From the IMG/VR virus record IMGVR_UViG_3300006056_000027, positions 1-64,000 of that record: 64,000 nucleotides of DNA; one strand, given 5' to 3'. The notes below the pieces were generated by a model. The model was not told the DNA's origin, made no database searches, and was given only the letters and a program-made list of their open reading frames with translations. This DNA comes from a virus. Lineage: Duplodnaviria; Caudoviricetes. A program made the position numbers and the translations under genes. Shown here piece after piece: positions 58,125 to 64,000 of the stretch. The first letter of the stretch is position 1. Each line of letters begins with the position of its first letter.

Positions 58125-60374
58125 TTGGATATTATAGTGATAACAAAATTAAAGAAAAGAAATGGTACTGTTCAGGATTTTAATCCAGACAAATTAAATA
58201 AGTGGGCTGAATGGGCTGCTAATCTTAATGTGGAGTGGGCATCGGTTGCCCTTGGCGCTTATAAGAAGTGCTACGACGGGTGTACGTCAGCCGAATTGCA
58301 GGACGCAATGATTTCAGAGTGCCTTGATAGAGAAGACACTCCACATTTAAAGATGGCTGGTAGACTTTATGTTGGCAATATTTATAAAAATGCTTTCGGG
58401 CATCAAGATAATATTCCTACATTAAAAGAAATGTATTACAGAATGCATCTCCAAGGTCTTTGGGCCAATATGAGATATTCTGATGCCGAACTTGATGAGC
58501 TTGAAAGTGTTATTGATCACAGTTTAGATTTGAATTGTGTTCATTCAGAAGTTAAACAGTTAGCTACTAAGTATACTGCTTCTGATAAAACTACTGGCAA
58601 GATTTTTGAGTCTCCGCAATTTGTTTATATGCGTGTTGCTTTAGGCGTGATGAATATTCAGCCTGCCGAAAGACGTATTCAGGATGTTAAAGAAGCTTAT
58701 TACTTTTTAAGTCGTAAGATATTAAACGCTCCTAGTCCAAATATGCTTCATCTAGGTACTATGCATATGGGATTAGCTTCCTGTTGTATTTATACTGCTG
58801 GAGATAATTTGCCTTCACTGGCTGCTGGTGACCATATAGCTTATATGATGACTGCTGCTTCTGCAGGTATTGGATCTCATTTAATGACTCGTAGTGTTCT
58901 TGATCCAGTCCGTAAAGGCTCGATTAAGCATCAAGGTAAGTTACCCTACTACCGTGTTATTGAGAAGTCTGTATTAGCGAACATGCAAGGTGGAAGAGGT
59001 GGCTCTGCTACCGTTCATTATAATGTTCTTGATCCAGAAATTGAAGATTTGATTCATCTACGTAATCCTACTTCTGTTAATGAAAAGAAAATTAAAGAGC
59101 TAGATTATAGTGTTGGTTATAATTCCTTCTTTGCTAAAAAGGTTGCCAAGAACAAACAGTGGATGAGTATTAGTTATCTATATGCTCAAGACTTATGGCA
59201 TGCAATGTATCAAGGTGATCAATCTGAATTTGAACGCTTATACAAAAAGTATGATGCTGATCCGAATGTTCCAACTAAAAAATATATGTCTGCTCGTAAG
59301 CTGGCATTACGCTTTTTAACTGAAGCTGTTGAAACTGGTCGTCAGTATATTCATGCTATTGATGAGATGAATCGTCATACTCCGTTCTACGATATTATTT
59401 GGTCTTCTAACCTATGTCAGGAAATTGGCTTACCAACCAAAGCATTTAAGAATGTTATGGATGTTTATAGTAAAGACTCTCAAGGTGAAATTGCTTTATG
59501 TAATCTAATGGCTATTTGTTTAGGAAAGGTAACTCCTCAAACCTACGAAAAGGCTGCCTATTACGCATTGTTAATGGTTGATAATGTTATTGAGATTATG
59601 GATTATCCGTTCCCAAGTTTAGAGCGTACTGCTAAAGCTAGACGTTCTGCTGGTATTGGTGTTATGAATCTTGCATATGATATGGCTAATAAAGGTCTTA
59701 CATATGATTGTCAAGCTGGCAAAGATTATATGCACAGACTTGCTGAACAGCATTCCTATTGGCTGCATCGTGCTTCATTGAAGCTTGGTAAAGAAAAAGG
59801 TAATTGTGAATGGACTCATAAGACTAAATATCCTGATGGCTGGCTACCTATAGATACTTATAAGAAATCTGTTGATCAAATTACTTCTCAAAAGAATATG
59901 TTTGATTGGGAGACTTTAAGAATAGAGATTGTAGAAAACAAAGGTCTACGTCATTCTGTATTAGAAGCATTTATGCCTGGAGAGTCTTCAAGTGTTGCTA
60001 GCAATACTACTAATGGGTTGTATCCTATTAGACAAGGTATTGTAATCAAGATGAATGGCACAGAGAAAAATGTGTTCATTGCTCCTGAATGGGAGGAGTT
60101 GAAGTATCAGTATCAATTGGCTTGGGATATTAAAACCAGAGACATGATTGATACCTATGCTATTTGGCAAAAATGGTGTGGTCAAGGTATATCAGCTGAT
60201 CTATATATTAAGTTCTCGGATGCTAATAATCGTAAGGTTAGTGGCAAACAGTTAATTATGGACTTCCTGTATGCTACAGAAAAGGGTCTTAAAACAAGAT
60301 ATTATTATAATAGTGCTACTGGTACTATTGAATCAGAAGAACGTGGTTGTGCAGGAGGTGGTTGCGTGTTGTAA
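58125..60374 (+). CDS. nrdA: Ribonucleotide reductase class Ia alpha
   Basis: ATP cone, ASCC, SNLCQE, MPGESSS, KTRYY, C-terminal CAGGGC. Confidence 0.95.
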   Translation: MDIIVITKLKKRNGTVQDFNPDKLNKWAEWAANLNVEWASVALGAYKKCYDGCTSAELQDAMISECLDREDTPHLKMAGRLYVGNIYKNAFGHQDNIPTLKEMYYRMHLQGLWANMRYSDAELDELESVIDHSLDLNCVHSEVKQLATKYTASDKTTGKIFESPQFVYMRVALGVMNIQPAERRIQDVKEAYYFLSRKILNAPSPNMLHLGTMHMGLASCCIYTAGDNLPSLAAGDHIAYMMTAASAGIGSHLMTRSVLDPVRKGSIKHQGKLPYYRVIEKSVLANMQGGRGGSATVHYNVLDPEIEDLIHLRNPTSVNEKKIKELDYSVGYNSFFAKKVAKNKQWMSISYLYAQDLWHAMYQGDQSEFERLYKKYDADPNVPTKKYMSARKLALRFLTEAVETGRQYIHAIDEMNRHTPFYDIIWSSNLCQEIGLPTKAFKNVMDVYSKDSQGEIALCNLMAICLGKVTPQTYEKAAYYALLMVDNVIEIMDYPFPSLERTAKARRSAGIGVMNLAYDMANKGLTYDCQAGKDYMHRLAEQHSYWLHRASLKLGKEKGNCEWTHKTKYPDGWLPIDTYKKSVDQITSQKNMFDWETLRIEIVENKGLRHSVLEAFMPGESSSVASNTTNGLYPIRQGIVIKMNGTEKNVFIAPEWEELKYQYQLAWDIKTRDMIDTYAIWQKWCGQGISADLYIKFSDANNRKVSGKQLIMDFLYATEKGLKTRYYYNSATGTIESEERGCAGGGCVL

Positions 60375-60391
60375 GACATGTGCTAAATATT

Positions 60392-60952
60392 ATGCCTAAA
60401 GCTAAAAATACTTCACATATAAATTGGTCAGAATATTTTCAATATGATGACTCATCACCTTCACACCTTCGTCATTTACTCTCTAAGGGCGGCATTAAGT
60501 CTGGTTCTGTTGCTGGCTATATACATCATACAGGATACTACATAGTTAAGCTTAATAGTTTCCAATATAGAGTGCATAGAATTATTTGGGAAATGCACAA
60601 TCCTCCTTTAAGTGAGAATGAAAAGGTTGATCATATTGATGGAAACAAGTTAAATAATAAAATATCTAATCTTAGAGCTGTTTCGGAAACTTTAAACATT
60701 AGAAATGGTAGAATGCGTAATACTAATACTACTGGAGTTACTGGTGTTTCTGTCAATATGTTTAAAGAATATAAATATTATATGGCACATTCTGTTAATT
60801 TGAATGGCAAACAGAAATCTGTTTATTTTTCTGTGTCCAAACTTGGAGAAGAGAAAGCATTTGAAATGGCTTGTAATAAAAGAAAAGAAATGATAGATGC
60901 CCTTAATCTACAAGGTGCAGGCTATACGGAAAGACATGGAGTTGCAGCATAA
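60392..60952 (+). CDS. HNH-AP2 homing endonuclease between nrdA and nrdB
   Basis: VHRIIW...VDHIDGNKLNNKISNLR, NTTGVTGV. Confidence 0.88.
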   Translation: MPKAKNTSHINWSEYFQYDDSSPSHLRHLLSKGGIKSGSVAGYIHHTGYYIVKLNSFQYRVHRIIWEMHNPPLSENEKVDHIDGNKLNNKISNLRAVSETLNIRNGRMRNTNTTGVTGVSVNMFKEYKYYMAHSVNLNGKQKSVYFSVSKLGEEKAFEMACNKRKEMIDALNLQGAGYTERHGVAA

Positions 60953-62043
60953 TGTCTAGTATTTTTAATATAGATAATGATGAGTGGCGTACTGGAGAGG
61001 GATCATTAATTCTTGGTCAAGCTCCTGGCCTTTACGATAGTATCAATGTGAGACATCCACCTTTGTTTAACTTGTATAAGTTGCAGAAGTCTATGGATTG
61101 GGCTGAAGATGAAATAAGTCTTGAGCAGGCCCGTGTCGATTTGGCCACATGCCCTAAAGCTATTAGGGATATTATGTTAATGAATATTGCATTTCAATGG
61201 CCTACAGATAGCGTTGCTGCTAGATCTGTTGCTCCTTTGTTTGCTCCGTTCATTACTAATTCTGAATTCTGGGCAGGGATGCTTAAGAATTGTGAAATAG
61301 AAGTTTTACATGCCTTAACTTATTCTGAAATTGTAAGACAATGTATTCCTGATCCTACTGAAGCATTTGAACTCATCTTAAAAAATGATGAGGTAATGGT
61401 TCGTCTTGCGCCAGTCCTTAAACACTTTGAGGCATTGGCAAAAGCAGGTGCTGAGTATAATCTTGGTATTAGAAAGAACGATCAAGAAACTTACAATATT
61501 GTTATGACTGCTTTGGTTGCATTATACGTAATGGAACGTTTGCAGTTTATGTCTTCGTTTGCTCATACCTTTGCCGTTGTTGAACAGGGTTATGCTTTAC
61601 CTATTGGCAAGTACGTACAAAAGATTATGCTTGATGAGTTAACTTGTCATTCTGAACTTATACGTACTGCTTTAGAGATTGAGTTTAAAACTGCTCGTGG
61701 TCAGATCTTCTTAGAACAATGTCGTGATATAATTGATAGCATCTTTTATACAATCAGGCAATGTGAATATGATTGGAATGCTCACACCTTCAGCGAAGGT
61801 CGATCTATTGTTGGCTTAAATGAAAATCTTGCCAATGGTTGGTCTGATCATAATGCTTATTTTGTTGCAGTAGTTTTACGTATTGATTTTCCATTCGTTC
61901 CTAATCCATTAAAATATATGGACAACTGGATTGATATTGATAAAATACAAAATGCTCAACAAGAAGAGTCTGGTAATAACTATGCTCTTAATTCCGTCGT
62001 AGATGATATGACTGAAGATGAAATCTTTGCATTTGAAGAATAA
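60952..62043 (+). CDS. nrdB: Ribonucleotide reductase class Ia beta
   Basis: EVLHALTY, MERLQFMSSF, DELTCH, QQEE..NY. Confidence 0.93.
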   Translation: MSSIFNIDNDEWRTGEGSLILGQAPGLYDSINVRHPPLFNLYKLQKSMDWAEDEISLEQARVDLATCPKAIRDIMLMNIAFQWPTDSVAARSVAPLFAPFITNSEFWAGMLKNCEIEVLHALTYSEIVRQCIPDPTEAFELILKNDEVMVRLAPVLKHFEALAKAGAEYNLGIRKNDQETYNIVMTALVALYVMERLQFMSSFAHTFAVVEQGYALPIGKYVQKIMLDELTCHSELIRTALEIEFKTARGQIFLEQCRDIIDSIFYTIRQCEYDWNAHTFSEGRSIVGLNENLANGWSDHNAYFVAVVLRIDFPFVPNPLKYMDNWIDIDKIQNAQQEESGNNYALNSVVDDMTEDEIFAFEE

Positions 62044-62068
62044 CATAAGCTATTAGTAGCTAAAAATT

Positions 62069-62090
62069 AGGGGTGCTTTGCATCCCTTTT
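62069..62090 (+). terminator. Intrinsic terminator after nrdB
   Basis: AGGGGTGC/GCATCCCT plus T run. Confidence 0.65.
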
Positions 62091-62104
62091 GAGTTTTATA
62101 ATTA

Positions 62105-62539
62105 ATGAATAAACAACAAGTCCCAACACAACTAGAATTTGATTTTCAAGATTCTATACATCCATCTGTATCTGATCAGCTTATTAGCCTTAACTTAGGT
62201 GTAGTTAATAATCCAAATATGACGCATACCACTGGTTTTCTTACTACTACTGGTGTCAAGTATGATTCTTCTAAAATAAGATTGTCATTGTATCCTGCTG
62301 AAGCTATGTATAAGATTGCTGAAGTTCTTGAGTTTGGTGCTAAGAAGTATGCTGTTGATAATTGGAAATATGTCCAACCAATTGAAAGATACTTTGATGC
62401 TGCTCTTCGTCATTTGATGGCAATTAAGACTGGCGAATTAAATGATCCAGAAAGTGGGCTAAGTCATTTAGCGCATGCTGGTACATGTATTGCGTTTATG
62501 CTATATCACGAATCTAAAGGTTTAAATCTAAAACTTTAA
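62105..62539 (+). CDS. dATP/dGTP diphosphohydrolase domain (DUF5664-like)
   Basis: KYDSSK, FGAKKYAVDNW, AALRH, DPESGLSHLAHA. Confidence 0.85.
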   Translation: MNKQQVPTQLEFDFQDSIHPSVSDQLISLNLGVVNNPNMTHTTGFLTTTGVKYDSSKIRLSLYPAEAMYKIAEVLEFGAKKYAVDNWKYVQPIERYFDAALRHLMAIKTGELNDPESGLSHLAHAGTCIAFMLYHESKGLNLKL

Positions 62540-62985
62540 TATGTCAGAAGTTCAAATATTAGAAATGGAATATGAAGCTGTAGGTCCTAGTATGGATCTT
62601 GTAAGCTCGTCTTCCTCTTGCTATCTTAACGATGAACAGGCCATGTCCGTAAGGTCTGCCTTTTCAACTATTCAAGTTAGATTTGAGTATGATCCAGTTT
62701 GGGGATATTCAAAGATCATTGCTGTAAATGGAATGTTAGTAAATGTCATATGATGGTATCTTATGGAAGGATGTTGATCCCGATCTTCATTATGAGTCCA
62801 TAGAAGACGTTCTTATGACGTGCTGTCACATATGTGGTGAGCGTCTTGAATGGGATGTTAAGACTACTTACAACTCATATATGGATGCTCCTACTATAAA
62901 AGGTGAGTCATTCAGTTGTGGTGTTAAGTATATGTTTGAATACGATCATGTCGATTCTTGTTATAAGATAATGGTTTATTACTAA

Positions 62986-63756
62986 ATGTCAGAACAATCT
63001 AATCACACAATACTTCCTTACAAAGAAAGGCTTGAGAAATTCAAACTTAAGCAAGAACGTAAGAATAAAAGGGAAGCTCTTAAACTGCTTCCTAAACGTC
63101 CTCGTGGTCGTCCTAAAAAAGAAAAGCCTCCTAAGACTCCTAAGCCTCCAAGAGTTTATCCTCCTAAGAAGCAAAGAAAAGATGGATGCATAATGATATC
63201 TCCCATTTTAAATATTGGCCAGTTTAATAGACTGATCTATAAGACGGTTGATATTATGATGTTTGATAGAGATAAGACTGCTGCGGTAATATGGAATGCT
63301 TATAAGGATTATGAGTATTTGCTACGAAGAGAATTGACTGGATATCAGGACGATACCTTTCATGACATCTTGGTAACTATTAACTATTACCACGACCAAA
63401 ATATTCGTGATCGACTTCATATCGACTGGATAGAAGTATTAGGTATTACTATATGTAAGTGGCTTATAGAGGTTGAGACAAGTTATAAAACTAAAGGCCC
63501 AGGACGTACTGGGTCTAGCTTATATAATTTCTTTCTTCATGCTTTTGCCAGAATATTTCAAAAGTCTTATATAGATTACTGTAGGCTTATGTACAAGGAA
63601 TATGTTCCTCGACTATCTTATGCTCAACGATATGAGTATTTAGACGTAGATGTCGATGAGATTCCTAGTCTTACTAATCCAGCTATATTTGATAATGAGC
63701 TTTTCTATCATATACAAAAACGAATGGAGCCGTTAGGCCCCATTGTTTGCAGTTAG
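62986..63756 (+). CDS. Hypothetical protein with AT-hook-like motif
   Basis: KRPRGRPKK. Confidence 0.6.
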   Translation: MSEQSNHTILPYKERLEKFKLKQERKNKREALKLLPKRPRGRPKKEKPPKTPKPPRVYPPKKQRKDGCIMISPILNIGQFNRLIYKTVDIMMFDRDKTAAVIWNAYKDYEYLLRRELTGYQDDTFHDILVTINYYHDQNIRDRLHIDWIEVLGITICKWLIEVETSYKTKGPGRTGSSLYNFFLHAFARIFQKSYIDYCRLMYKEYVPRLSYAQRYEYLDVDVDEIPSLTNPAIFDNELFYHIQKRMEPLGPIVCS

Positions 63757-63975
63757 TTCTAAGATTTTAATCTTATCTATCAATGGTGCTATTACTACTG
63801 ACATCTCTTCTTTAGAGATTCTGTTCATAAGTGCCTTATTGATATTCTTAATTGATCCATTTATTGCATCAATTGATTCCATGATGCCAATTAGTTTGGC
63901 AACATCCCACGGTTTTAGACCTTCTAATGCCGTACTTGCCAGTTCAATGGATTCATCATTGTAGTCGTAATACAC
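63733..63975 (-). CDS. 3' part of a convergent minus-strand gene
   Basis: Helical ORF; probably starts beyond the window end and marks a strand switch. Confidence 0.5.
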   Translation of the reverse strand: MYYDYNDESIELASTALEGLKPWDVAKLIGIMESIDAINGSIKNINKALMNRISKEEMSVVIAPLIDKIKILELTANNGA

Positions 63976-64000
63976 TATAATCTTGGATCCGTTTTCTGGC

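Noticed and set aside
1311-63174. Short minus-strand and alternate-frame ORFs inside recognised genes
   Set aside because: Antisense shadows of + strand genes, with no motifs or SD support.
1-64000. Genome-wide TAG recoding (code 15)
   Set aside because: Long core genes are intact under the standard code, and TAG terminates genes at expected ends (e.g. thyA, SleB-like hydrolase).

Overview
This is an AT-rich, gene-dense segment of a large dsDNA bacteriophage, almost entirely on the + strand; no structural genes are present. 1-28.4 kb is an accessory and translation-support region. It carries about 23 tRNAs (all 20 amino acids plus an amber suppressor), several atypical tRNA-like genes, an RNA ligase, a Pth2-like protein, Sir2, PspA, YqeY, an HD hydrolase and a Ro60/TROVE protein. 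28.4-29.65 kb is a 1.25 kb non-coding block built almost entirely of hairpins, including a regularly spaced array of structured units. 29.7-64 kb covers nucleotide metabolism and replication (thyA, DHFR, SSB-like and Whirly-like proteins, RuvC, RecA, HU, split DnaE, primase-helicase, ligase, nrdAB). Within it sits a prokaryotic ubiquitin-like operon (Ubl-E2-JAB-E1) running directly into a retron-like reverse transcriptase that has no adjacent msr/msd. Main candidates for new biology: (1) the structured hairpin array as a multi-template ncRNA for the orphan retron-like RT; (2) circularly permuted Y RNA/tRNA chimeras with open acceptor ends alongside phage Ro60; (3) genes gated by an early in-frame TAG together with a phage amber suppressor tRNA; (4) endonuclease + replacement-tRNA cassettes inserted into tRNA genes of apparently the same specificity. 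All calls come from manual motif and structure reading; no searches or folding programs were run.
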